A stretch of DNA of 63,043 nt, filler included, from Reclinomonas americana ATCC 50394 (Eukaryota), in NCBI GenBank assembly GCA_048213135.1. It is 6 parts of 2 records of this genome, joined end to end, with 100 filler letters (N's around TTAATTAATTAA, not from the genome) between each part and the next. Parts side by side here need not be neighbours in the genome. Positions count along the whole stretch, not along the records: positions 23,187 to 38,414 come from PS015128.1; positions 38,515 to 54,394 come from PS015129.1; 4 more parts are not named here. One strand, written 5' to 3'. The first letter of the stretch is position 1, and the number at the start of each line of letters is the position of its first letter. The notes beneath the pieces are model-generated. The model was not told the DNA's origin. It did not search any database and worked only from the letters and a program-made list of their open reading frames with translations. This document shows positions 26,353 through 38,708 of the stretch, one piece after another. Both the position numbers and the translations under genes were made by a program.

Positions 26353-29300
26353 ACGACGAGGCCATCCTGGAGCTGTTGAAAAAGGCCGAGGCACTGACGG
26401 AGCCAACCGTGGGCAAGTTCCCCAAGCGCCTCATGCTCCGCGCGGTGACCTACAACAATTTGGCACTGTACTTTAAGCGACGCGGCAAGGTGAGCGCGGC
26501 TGTGCGCTACGCGCAGCGCGCACTGAAAATCGAGGAGGAGTTCAAGGAGGCCGACAACCCAGCGGCCACACAAATCAATCTGGGCTACTATTTGTTCGCG
26601 TTGGACCGATTCGAGGAGAGTCTGCCGCACACTCGCTCGGCGCTCGACTTGCTGACGCAGGAGGAGCAGCGGTATCGCGCCACCAGTCACGGTACGTCTC
26701 TCTTTTTCCCTCTCTCTCGCTCTCGTGTTCTTTCCTTTCCTCTCTGCTGTTATGCTATGTTGTTTGTCTAATCTCAGGTATCCATTTTCGTCATCCTGTC
26801 TTGCTCCGTGCTCCCGTCACTCGCTTCCCTTCTCCCTCTTCCCCCTTGCTCTTCTCCTTTGCTCCTCCTTCTCCTTCTCCCTTCTTTCTCTACCCCCTCC
26901 TTCTCCTTCTCATTCCCTTTCCCCTTCTTCCTCCCGTCCAGAGGCCGACGCCCCCGCGCTCCCCGCCGACCTATACCCCATGCTGTGCATGACCAACCAC
27001 AACCTTGGGTGCGCGCTGGACCGCCTGGGCCGCGTCGACGAGGCACTCCCGTACCACGAACTGGCCAACCAGCTGGCGGTGGAGCATTTGCCGGCACAGC
27101 ACCCCGTGCGCGAGCGCCTGCACGCGGCACTGGTGGAGTCGAAGCGACACATTGACGAGCGCGAGGCGCTGTTTGTGCGTCGCCAGCGGAGGAAGCGCGA
27201 GGTGGCGGCACAGCCGGCCATCTCGCTCGGTTCGATGAACAGCGAGGCCGGTTTCTTGCCACCGATTCAGACGTCGTCGCCGGGTGTGTCGCGTCCGCGC
27301 TCCGTCGCCAGCTCGGCCATGGGTCGGCTGGTGGAGTTGGACGGGCGATCGCGCCCCGGCACCGCCGCCTCGGCCGCCTCCACGGTGGCCATCTCACAGC
27401 AGAAGCGGTACCAGACGGTGTTGTGGCGCGCCGGTGTGGCGCACACGATGAAGCGCGAGGACAGCGCCAAGCGGATTCAGGCCGCCTGGCGCTCCTTTAT
27501 GGTGCGCAAGCGCAACGCCATGCGTGAGGGCGAGGCGGTGCGCAACGAAGCGTTGCGACGGATGCGCGAGGAGTTGGTTTCGGGACGCCAGCGCGCCGGT
27601 CTGCCTCGCAGCACGGCCAGTCGCCGTCGCGAGGCCGCCGTGGCCATTCAAGCGGCGTTTCGTGGATTCCTGGTGCGCTCGCGGTTGCCACCAGACTTTT
27701 TGCCGCGTTCGCGGTGGAGCTCGCAAGTGTCGGATGTGTTCGATTCGGCCGTGCGACCACCACCACTGCGTGTGTACTACTCGCAGCACCGCAATCAGTC
27801 GCCAGTGCGAGGTGAGTGGTGGAGGCGACATGAAAAAAGAATAGGGGCAGGTGTTTAATGCTCACTCCCCGTCCTCATACAGGTGCACCGTCGTCGCCAC
27901 GCATGACCAGCTCGCTGGAGGTGCCGGTGCGTGTGCCGGCCTCCCGTCTGATGGGTTCGTCCGCCGATTCAGGCGCACTGCAGTCCACTGGACCTGTGCC
28001 GCCGCAGAAGCCAACAGTGGTCTCTCCGCGTGCTCGCCGACGTGTGCCAGCCGCGGCGCAGGCAGGGGTGAGTGACGGGAAAAGAAGATGAAGATTTCTT
28101 TCTGCCCTCTTTGTCTCACTTTCCATTTCCCCCGCAGCTCAAGAACCAAACCGTTGCTCTCCGTCGTTCCGGTCTCTTCTCCTCCGAGGTCCGCAAGTGG
28201 CAGCCGGAGGAGAGCCGTGGTGCCAAGAATCGCAACATGGCGGTGCAGGCGGTGCGCGACTACCGCAAGGACGTGCTGGCGCGCAAGGCCGCCGTCAAGA
28301 TTCAGGCCACGTGGCGCGGCTACTGGTCCAACGAGAGTGCGCGGAGGATACGCGCGGCCAAGCTGTTTGCTGCCGCCGCAAAGATCCAGGCGGCGTTTGT
28401 CGGCTGGAAGACTCGTGTTTACATGCGCGCCCTGCACAAGGCCGCTGCGGTGTGCCAGTCGAGTTTCGTCACGCGATGGAAGCATGATCTGCGTTTTTGT
28501 AGTGCTGTGTGTCTCAACGCCTTTGTGTGTGCCAGTGATTCGTCGCCGACTGGAGACCAAGCGTGTGCACCTGCTGATGGCACAGGCATCGCTGGTGCAG
28601 TCCATGGCTGCGGCTGTGGTGGCCCGTCGCACCGTGTCGCACTGGCGGAGGAACCTGTTCCGCGTGCAGGCCGTCATCAAGGTGCGTGTCAAGCCATCCC
28701 TTTATTCCCTCTCATCCCTTTTCTCGTCTGTTCATCTCCCCTTCCCCCGTTGTAGTCGTTTGCCGTTCGCTGCCGCCTCAAGCGGCAACATCGCATGGCC
28801 GCCCGCATCCAGGCCACCTGGCGCGGTCACCATCAGCGCATTGTGGAGCAGGAGCAGCACGAGGCCATGCGCAAGGTGCAAGTGGCGGTGGCTCGCTGGC
28901 GCGGAAACAAGCGCGACGCCGTGGAGAATGCCAGCGCGCGGCTGATTGTGGCCACCTTCCGTGGCTGGAAGGAGCGCACGCACTTCTTGGATCTGCAACG
29001 ACAGGCCACGCTGGTGCAGGCGGCCATTCGCGGCAAGTGGGCATTCGATCAGTGGCAGTTGCAGCGGCAGGCGGCGATGAAGCTGCAGTCGGTGATGCGC
29101 ATGTTCAAGCAGCGCAACGTCTACCAGCGTCACATGCAGCTCATCCGTTACACGCAAGCCTGCTTCCGCCGCAAGGTGTACCAGCAGCAGCATCAGTTGC
29201 GCCTCGGTGCCGTCCTGCTGCTGCAGAAGACGGCACGCATGATGTGGGTGCAGAAGCACATTACACGCGTGCACAAATCAGGTGCGTTCGTGCTGTTGTT

Positions 29301-32300
29301 GCTGAGTGGCTTTGGTTGATGGTCGACTTGCCACTCACTTTTTCATGTTACTTTTCTCCCCCTCTGCGTCACAGTCACTTCATTCCAGCGCTTCACACGG
29401 GGACGCCAGTCGCGCATGCACGAGTACCGGCGGTACATGGGTGCCGTCAAGATGCAGGCACTGGTGCGGAGCCACCGCACGCGCAAGATGATGAACAGGC
29501 GACATGGAGCGGCACTGGTCATTCAGTATCACTGGCGCCAGCTGCAGAAGCGCCGTTTGCGTGTCATTCAGACGGCGGCCGTCATGGTGCTGCAGAGACA
29601 CTGCCGTCGCATTGTCGCGCGCCTGCGCACTGCTCGTCGTCTGCAGGCCGCCCTTCGCATGCAGAAGTGGATTCGGTGAGCCCCTATCTCTCGTCTCCCC
29701 TCGCCCCCTCTTCTACTCACACTGTCTTCACCCACACAGTCGCTTCCTGGTGGCCTCTCGTCTCAAGCGTCTGCACTCAACGGCCACTCGCCTGCAGGCC
29801 TCGGTCAAGCGGTGGATTGGTCGGCGGCGGTTCTCGCGGTCACGAGCTGCCGCCATCACTGTCTTCCGTTTCGTGTCGAGCTTTGTCGGCAAGCTGCAGT
29901 TTGCACGTCGCCGGCGCGCCGCCATTCGCATCCAGTCGTTCTACAGGACACGATTGGCCAAGCGGTGAGCGTCTCTTTGCGCGCACGTTATCTCATCTTA
30001 TTCGTCTAGAGTCTCACCATTCGCCGCCAGGGATTACGCACGCAAACGCCATGCCGTGGCCAAGATCGAATACTGGGCGCAGATCTGGAAGACCAAGGCC
30101 GTCATTCGCCGACAGCACGCTGCGGCCGCCACCCTCCAAGCGTGGGTGCGCAAGTTGCAAGTGCAGAAGCGTCTGCGCAACAAGCGCGCTGCTACTGGTT
30201 TGTGCCAGTCGCCTATTTGTGTGTCTGGTGCTGTGCTTGCTTCAATCAAATAACGCTCTATTTGTTTGTTTCCCACCTCGCAGGCAAGATGCAGTTGTGG
30301 TGGCGCGACTGCCTGGCCTACATGCGTGCACAGCGTCGCAACAAGGCCGCCATCGACATGCAGCGTGCCGCTCGCGGCTTCCTGGATCGTCGTCTGGTGG
30401 CACGTCGCATGGCTGCCGCCTTGCAGATGCAAAAGGTCGCCCGGCGCTTTGTCGGTCGTCTGCGTTTCCGTTGCGTCCCCTCCGTTGGTGTCTTGACTTT
30501 GTGATGCTTGTGTGTACTCACATTTCCTTTGCTCTCCGTGCAGTCAAGGCACGCCGTGCAGCCACGCTGCTGCAGAGCCGCTGGCGTCTGTACCGCGTCT
30601 TCAAGTGGTTTGTGCGCGAGTTCCAGGCGACGCTACTCATCCAGACGCAGTTCCGCCGCTGGAAGGCACTGCGCGAGGCCATGCACATTCGCAAGTGTGT
30701 GTTTTTGCTGCAACGAATTGCTCGTGGCTTCCTGGCGCGTGTGCGTGTGCGCAAGCAGCGTGAGGCCGCGGCCAAGATCGAGCCGTTTGCGCTGCGCATG
30801 GTGTACTCGGCGCGCTTCAAGGTTTGTTTTTGCAATCAATCTTTTTGCTTTTTTCCCCTTCTCTTCTCCTGACACATTTCCCCTTGCCGCAGAACGCCCG
30901 CTCGAGTGCCGTTTGCTTCCAGCGCGTGTTCCGTGGCTTCTCGGAGCAGATGAAGTGGCGCGGCTTCCGCGCGCATGTGGTGAATGCCCAGTCGATGGCC
31001 CGCCGGTGGTTGGCCCAGTTCCGTCTGCGCCGTGCCCATCGCTCGGCGACGCTGGTGCAGCGCGTGTGGCGTCGCTTTGCCGCCATGAAGATGGTGCACA
31101 AGGTGTGGCCGCAGGCCGCCCTGTGCATCCAGCGCGCATGGCGCGGATTCAGCATTCGCCGTCGGCGTGCCCAGTTTGCGCGTGCCATTCTGTCGCTTCA
31201 GTTTGTGTACCGCAATGCCGTGGCTGTTGCGTGCGACAACACGAGTCTGTCATTTTATCTCGCTCTGTTCCCTCATCTCCGACTCCCCTCTCTCGCATCG
31301 CAGCGCTTGGAGGCCGAGAAGCGGCGTCGCATGGAGCTGGCCGCCCTGGAGGAGTTGCAGGCGGCGGAGCTGGCGGCCGAGTTCCAGCGCAAGTCGCAGG
31401 CGGCCACCATGATCCAGAAGCGCGTGCGTGGTCTGCGAGCCCGTGCGCGCCTCACCGAGCGACACGTGGCGGCGCGCTACCTGCAAGCGTTGTACCGCGG
31501 TCGTCGTGCTCGTCTGCAGTTGGTCGCCGAGCGCAAGCTGCGTGAGAGCGTGCGTGCTGTGGCCCGTGGTCTGCTGGCGCGCCTGCGCCTCAAGATGGCG
31601 CACCGTGCCTGCACCAAGATTCAGGCCATTGCCCGCGGCAATGTGCAAGTTCCGTTCACCACCTCATTCATACACCAACTACGGTTACTTACCTTTTGTT
31701 TCTTGTGTGTAGCGCGCCTCGTATCAGCGACAGCGTCATGCAGCCGTGCGCGTGCAGCGAGTGTGGCGTCGCTTCGTGGCCGTGCGTCGCTTCAAGGACC
31801 TGGTCGGCTCGGTGTGCCGTGCCAACGCGCTGGTGCGCGCGCTTCTGAAGCGCCGCTGGTACACACGCACCGTGTTGCCGGCGGTGATCAAGATGCAGGC
31901 ACTGGCACGCAGCTTTGCTGTGCGCCAAGTGATGGCCTCTCGCCACGCCGCGGCGACTCGCGTGCAGCGCTTCTTCCGCGCCCGTATCAGTCGCCAGCGG
32001 CTGCTCGAGCGCGACGAAAGCGCCCGCCTCGTGCAGCGCATGTTCCGTGGCCACCTGTCGCGTGCTTCTGTCGACCATCATGAGGCGGCTGCGAATCTCA
32101 TTCAGAGCGCCGTGCGTCGTGCCATTGAGGCGGTGAGTGCCTTGTTGACCCGGTCGCCTTGCGCGGTGCTAGTGGCTCTTGCTCATCCATTGAATCTCGT
32201 TTCGTTTGCGCGCAGCGTCTTGTGCAGCGCCAGTTGCACGCCGTTACGTGCGTGCAGGCTATTGTGCGCGGCAAGTTGGATCGCCGTCGTGTGGCCAAGC

Positions 32301-35300
32301 AGCAGAGCGCCGCCACCCTGTTGCAGCGCAACTATGTCGAGTTGCGTGCTGAGAACACAAAGAAAGAAAGAATCCTTGCCGCGCGTGTCGTGCCAGCTCA
32401 CAGCAATTGCACAGCGTGCTTCGCCGTCGTCGTCTGCAACGCCGCAACGCGGCCGCCGTCAAGATGCAGAGCCTAGTGCGCAGCTTCCTGGTGCGCTGCC
32501 GGCTCGTGGGCTGGCAAAAGGCCGCTCGTTGCATGCAGGCCGCGTGGAAGCGTCGTGTCGCCGTCAATGCGGTGGCACGCAAGCGTGCTGCGGCCCTGCT
32601 GGTATCGCAGGCCGCGCACCAGGCCAATCTCGCCGAGCGGATGGTCAAGCGCCGCAAGGCCGCCATGGTTATTCAGCGTGTGGCTCGTCGCTACGTGGCC
32701 ATGTGCCAGCTGGAACGCCGACTGGCCGCCGCCGCGCAGATCAATCGCGTGATGCGTGGTGCCCGTGTCCGACTGGTGAGTGTTTCTTGAGGCGAAGAGT
32801 GTGTGTTGTCACGGTGGTCCTCATCCTCCTCCATCCTTGCAGCACATGCGTCAGCAGCAAGCGGCCGCCCTGCGCATCCAGACGAATGTGCGCCTGCACT
32901 TGGCGCGCCAGCAACTGGCGTGCAAGAAGGACTCGTCGCTGATGTTCCAGGCCACCTACCTGAAGCACCTGTCCAAGGAGCACGTGCAACGCTGGCTCTA
33001 CTGCGTCGGCCGCCTGCAGGCTCTGGCCCGCGGCGTGCTGCAGCGTCACCATCTGTTCCGTGCCAAGTCGTCAGTCACTCGCCTGCAGGCCATGTGGCGC
33101 GGTGTGGCCGCTCGTGCGTTGCTGCGCGCCAAGCACGCGGCTGCGTCGACCATTGCTTTGTTTGTGCGCGACCGTATGCGACGCCACACAGTGCAAGAGC
33201 GCGTCTCGGCCGCCCGCCTGCTGCAGCGCCTGTGGCGCGCTCGCCGCGCTCGTGCTCTGGTGGCGAAGCGAACTTCGGCCGCCATTCGCCTGCAGACTGC
33301 GATGCGTGGTCTCATTGTTCGTGCACGCATCACGCGCCAGCATGTGGCTGCCGTCATTCTGCAGTCGGCCTGGCGTCGTCGTCCGTTGCGTTTCACTTGG
33401 TTGCTTGCTGCTGCTTTCTCCTTCGTGTGTGTGTCAGTCTCATCACCTTGGAAAAACGACAACAGTGCCCGTCTGGAGCGCCTTGCCAAGATGCGCGAGC
33501 GGCTCAACGCTGCTCTGCGTGGCTACGTGGTGCGCTTCCGCTACCAGAAGCTGTGCCGTGCCGTGGCCCTGGTGCAGCGTGCCATGCGCACCGCGCTGGC
33601 TCGTGCGCGCTTCCGTCGTCAACACCAGTCGGCTGTGCGCGTGGCGCGCTTCATGACCTGCGTGGTTCCGGTGCGCCGCATGGTGCGACGCTGGCAAAAG
33701 GCAGCGGTACGCATCCAGTCTGCGTGGCGTCAACACCACGCACGCGCACTGGTCGCTCGCCAGACCGAATCCGCCACTTGCGTGCAGGAGTGGTTCCGCA
33801 AGGTGAGAGACAACGAGACAAATGATTCTATTTGCTTTGCCTCTCTCCTGTTCACTCATCATCGTGATCGCGTGCAGGTGCAAGCCATGTCTCGTTTCCG
33901 CCGCTTCATGCAGGCCGTCGTCACCATCCAGCGCTTCTGGCGCGCTGCGGTCCAGCGACGAGTGCTGGCTCGGCGCATTGCCAGCACCGTTGCCATTCAG
34001 CGTGCGTTCCGCTGGCATGTGTTGGCGCCGCGCCGTGCGGCCGCTCGATACTGCGGTGCGCGTGCCTTGCAGACGGTGGCTCGTGGCTGGCTCGCTCGTC
34101 GGCACTACAGCACTGCTCGCAAGGTCAGTTGTCCTTGTTTCCCATCTTTGCATTTGCTTCCCAACTCGTATTCCTCACATCTCTCTTTCGTTCTTTCCCT
34201 CCAGGCCATTATCACGCTGCAGCGGTACGCTCGTGGCTACATTGTGCGTCAGCGTCACGCTGCCATGCGCCGTGCGGCTGCCGTGTTGACGCCGTGGGCG
34301 CGCATGGTGGCCGGCCGTGCCGCCGCTCGTCACTACCGAGTGGCCGCCACTGCCGCTGCCGTCACCATCCAAAAGTACTGGCGTCGCCACGTGGTGCTCT
34401 CGGCCTACCGTGCTCGTCAGCGCCGCCATTTGCGCATCGAAGCCACACAGGCGGCCGATCAGGTGCTCTCTCGCATTCTCGTGGGCATGTTCTACAAGGG
34501 CCGCACACCATCACAGTGGGAGGCCACGAACCGCCGTCTGCTGCGTCGCCTGCCGACGCTGCCGGTCAACCCCTTGCGCAACCTGGCAGCACAGCGCCCG
34601 CAATCGGCCGAGGCTCTTATTCCGTACTACCCGAGCCCGTACGAGGTGTTTGTGCGTCAGCGAGCGGCGGTGAAGATCCAGGCTGCCTGGCGTGGTCTGC
34701 GTCTGCGCATGCGCCTGCCGGTGCTGCTGCGCGTGGTGTGCGAGCTGCAGCGCAAGTTGCGCTCTGTGCTTTCTCGCCCGAACCGCCCTCGCCGTGCTCC
34801 GCGCAGTTGCGTCCCTGATTTCGTCAAGTACTCCTTTTGTTTGCATTTTTCTCACACGCACACGCAAACATGTGTAGCTCCTCCGCCACCAACTGCTGCC
34901 GCGCATTCCGTGTCGCCGTCTCGCGGTCGCTCCATGTCGCCGCGTCGCCTGAAGACCAGCATTCCGCCGGTGGTGCCGACCGTGCCGGCTGGCGAGGTGT
35001 CGGAGACGCTGCGCGACCGCAAGTTGTGGGCCGGCGAGGAGGGTGTGGAGGGTCGCGATCTGCAGACTCGTCTGCGTCACGCCTCGACGCGCGTGCAGCG
35101 CTCGAATGCGCGAAAGGAGCGCGTGAAGACCGATCTGATGCGCTACGGATTCGATCTGGAGACGGCGCAACTGTACGGCTACGAGGGCTCGGCGATGCGC
35201 CCCGGTGCGCAGTCGCCGACGCGCTCGGAAGGTGGTGCCTCGCGGCGCCAGATTGTGCGCGGTCCTCGTCGTCTGCTCGCCCTTCGCGAAGCCGGTGTCG

Positions 35301-35468
35301 ACCTCAAGTGCGTTGTCGTCCCTCGCCTTCATTTTTGCTAATCTATCATTGACTCACACTCTCTTTCATTTGTGCCAGCATTTTCCGCGGCGCTCTGTCT
35401 CGCGTGCGTCCCGCTCAGGGCTTCACGCCGGTGGTGCAGCAGGCGGTCGCGCGTTCGTCTCGCCGCCG
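26353..35468 (+). CDS. Very large protein with N-terminal TPR repeats and dozens of IQ calmodulin-binding motifs (ASPM-like IQ array); both ends lie in gaps
   Basis: TPR-like segments AVTYNNLALYFKRRGKVSAAVRYAQRALKIE and CMTNHNLGCALDRLGRVDEALPYHELA. Repeated IQ motifs such as IQAAWRSF, IQAAFRGFLVR, IQATWRGY, LQRIARGFLAR and IQAAWRGLRLR across many short exons. Confidence 0.85.
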
Positions 35469-36340
35469 CNNNNNNNNNNNNNNNNNNNNNNNNNNNNNNN
35501 NNNNNNNNNNNNNNNNNNNNNNNNNNNNNNNNNNNNNNNNNNNNNNNNNNNNNNNNNNNNNNNNNNNNNNNNNNNNNNNNNNNNNNNNNNNNNNNNNNNN
35601 NNNNNNNNNNNNNNNNNNNNNNNNNNNNNNNNNNNNNNNNNNNNNNNNNNNNNNNNNNNNNNNNNNNNNNNNNNNNNNNNNNNNNNNNNNNNNNNNNNNN
35701 NNNNNNNNNNNNNNNNNNNNNNNNNNNNNNNNNNNNNNNNNNNNNNNNNNNNNNNNNNNNNNNNNNNNNNNNNNNNNNNNNNNNNNNNNNNNNNNNNNNN
35801 NNNNNNNNNNNNNNNNNNNNNNNNNNNNNNNNNNNNNNNNNNNNNNNNNNNNNNNNNNNNNNNNNNNNNNNNNNNNNNNNNNNNNNNNNNNNNNNNNNNN
35901 NNNNNNNNNNNNNNNNNNNNNNNNNNNNNNNNNNNNNNNNNNNNNNNNNNNNNNNNNNNNNNNNNNNNNNNNNNNNNNNNNNNNNNNNNNNNNNNNNNNN
36001 NNNNNNNNNNNNNNNNNNNNNNNNNNNNNNNNNNNNNNNNNNNNNNNNNNNNNNNNNNNNNNNNNNNNNNNNNNNNNNNNNNNNNNNNNNNNNNNNNNNN
36101 NNNNNNNNNNNNNNNNNNNNNNNNNNNNNNNNNNNNNNNNNNNNNNNNNNNNNNNNNNNNNNNNNNNNNNNNNNNNNNNNNNNNNNNNNNNNNNNNNNNN
36201 NNNNNNNNNNNNNNNNNNNNNNNNNNNNNNNNNNNNNNNNNNNNNNNNNNNNNNNNNNNNNNNNNNNNNNNNNNNNNNNNNNNNNNNNNNNNNNNNNNNN
36301 NNNNNNNNNNNNNNNNNNNNNNNNNNNNNNNNNNNNNNCC

Positions 36341-36659
36341 CACCTATCGCAGAGTCGCCCTTGAGCAGCACCTCAATGACACTATCACGCATGTCCTTGA
36401 TGCGCTGCGACAAGTCACTGACAGGCGACAATGCAGAGGCCGCCGACGACGCACTGTCGGCCTCATCACTATCAAACATGGCAGCAGCAGCAGCAGCAGA
36501 GGAGGAAGAGGAAGACGAAGGGCCGCCCGAGTACTCGGCCGAGGTGAGCAGGTCGGCGAGTTGGCGCGAGACTGTGGAGAGGAGAAGAGTGGCGGCGGAA
36601 CCAGCCACTGCACTCGTGCTGCCGAGTACAGCGGAGGAGGTCCGCTGCAGAGCTTGCAT
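36341..36659 (-). CDS. Probable first exon of a hypothetical gene running into a gap
   Basis: CAAAAATG start at 36659, an open Ser/Ala-rich frame (…IKDMRDSVIEVLLKGDSAI) and a G|GT donor at the gap edge. No recognisable domain. Confidence 0.4.
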
Positions 36660-37168
36660 TTTTGGTGCTCTCTTCACTCTCTTGCTCTCTTGCTCTCTTG
36701 CACGCCGATTAACAACAATACATAGAAGGTCGATGTCGACCTTGTGTAAAATTCCGGCAAATTATGAACTCAAAGAGACAACTTGTGGAACCATCTGTGC
36801 ATGCTTGCATTTGGAAGCGCAGCGTCATGTGCATCTCGAGATCCGTGTGCGTGGTACCGAGCTGTGGAAACGAGCACCTGCAGTGGATGTCTCTTGAGGT
36901 CCTCCCCTTGCCTGTAAGTATCTGCGGATCGAATTTTTTCAAAGTCTCACGATCACTAACTTCCCTCATCCTTCCCATTCCTCGCGACCTCTCTCGTTCT
37001 GCCACTACTCCACCACCCCTTCTGCTCCTTGTAAAGCATCTACAATTGACATTCATTCATAAACAAGACGAGGAGCGGGGGGTGTGATCAAAATCGGTAA
37101 TAAAACACAAAACATATGGTGGTGTCTTGTCTCACTCTCGAGGAGGAGGAGGAGACTGACATTTTCTT

Positions 37169-38414
37169 TTAAAAATCGTCGCGACGCAGGCTGAGGTCGG
37201 ACGGGCGGCGCTTCAGACGAGCAATGGGCAGCGCGTCGGCGTCGGTGTCGGCAACAGCCGGCACGCGACGGTGCTGCGGGGAGGAGCGCGCAGAGTGGGG
37301 GTGTGCTGCTGTCGGCGACAGGAGAGTGGACGCGTTGGCGTCGGCCTCGAATTGCACCAGCGGCAAGGGCACCTGTCGAGACTGGTGAGACAAAGAGGGG
37401 GCAAGGAGGAATGGGGAGGTGGAGGAGACGCAACAGAGTCGGGATCGTCGGAGGTCAGGAGAGTCCAGTCGCGCTGCGTGGACAACACGACAGCGGGGCC
37501 GGCGGCGGCGGCGGCGGCGGCGGCAGTAGGGGCGGCAGCAGTGGCTGTGGCCGACGACACACGCTGTACGGGGGCCGCCAGGAGCGAGCCAGTGGGTGTG
37601 CGAGCACGCTGTCCGACCATGGACGCATCGTCGCCAACACGAGACGACATGGCTGCACAACAAAAAATGAGCACACGACGCATGGCACACTCCACCACTC
37701 GACAAAAAATAAACACTCACCACTGCGGCCACTGCGCACAGAAACTGAGTCGCCATCGGCGTCGGTGTGATGCGTGGGCGACCACGGGCGAGCGCCGACG
37801 TGCACCGGCACGGCAGCATCAATGTCGATGCGCTGACGCGGTGACACGTGATCGGCAGCGCGCATCACCACCTGCTCGGCAAACTCGGCACCGCGCGGAA
37901 CACGCGCAGAGTTGGGCACGAGCGGCGGGCGCGTCGGCGGGTAAAACATGGGCGGCGGGCTGTCCGGCTCCTCTTCGGCGTCCAGACGACGCGGCGGCGA
38001 GCGCGGTGTGGAGACGGAGGTGAGCAGGCCATTCTCCATCTCGCGGTACGACGGCGGCACCGACGACGACGACGTAAACGTCGGCGACGCGGCAGCCGTG
38101 TCGCGCATGGCGGCGGCGGCCTCGGCCAGCGGCAACCGCGGCATGTCCACGGCAGTCGAGAGTGGCGGAGACGCCGACGCCAGGCGGCGCTGCTGCTGGA
38201 GAGCAGCAGCATCGCGCACGGCACGCTTGCGGGCGGTCTCCGAAAAGTACTCACGCTTCGACTGCTGAATGAACTGCCGACGGGCCAGCAGGGCCTGACG
38301 ACGCGCCACGGCATCGTCCACGTTCGAGCGCAGCTCGTCGGCAGCGCGCTGCTGAGCACGCTGCTGCTCATGCACCACCGTGTCGAGGTACGACGGACGA
38401 GGCGGCGATGCGGC
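37169..38414 (-). CDS. 3' part of a hypothetical low-complexity/coiled-coil protein
   Basis: Long GC-rich minus-strand ORFs with donor/acceptor-like boundaries near 37718 and 37375. Ends …LSLRRDDF* before an AT-rich intergenic region. Confidence 0.55.
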
Positions 38415-38528
38415 NNNNNNNNNNNNNNNNNNNNNNNNNNNNNNNNNNNNNNNNNNNNTTAATTAATTAANNNNNNNNNNNNNNNNNNNNNNNNNNNNNN
38501 NNNNNNNNNNNNNNGTTTGTTCGTTCTT

Positions 38529-38603
<75 letters not shown>

Positions 38604-38708
38604 TCCTCCCTCAGATGCACAGCCTCCTCTTGTTCTTCTTCTCGTGGACAACTCATTCCATTTCCCCACTTCTCCCCTTCTCCCTTCCCCTCCCGTCCCC
38701 TCCCCCAG

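Noticed and set aside
28686-30872. 728-aa ORF and other long overlapping or X-filled ORFs in the track
   Set aside because: They are off-frame read-through of GC-rich exons and introns, or ORFs spanning N gaps.
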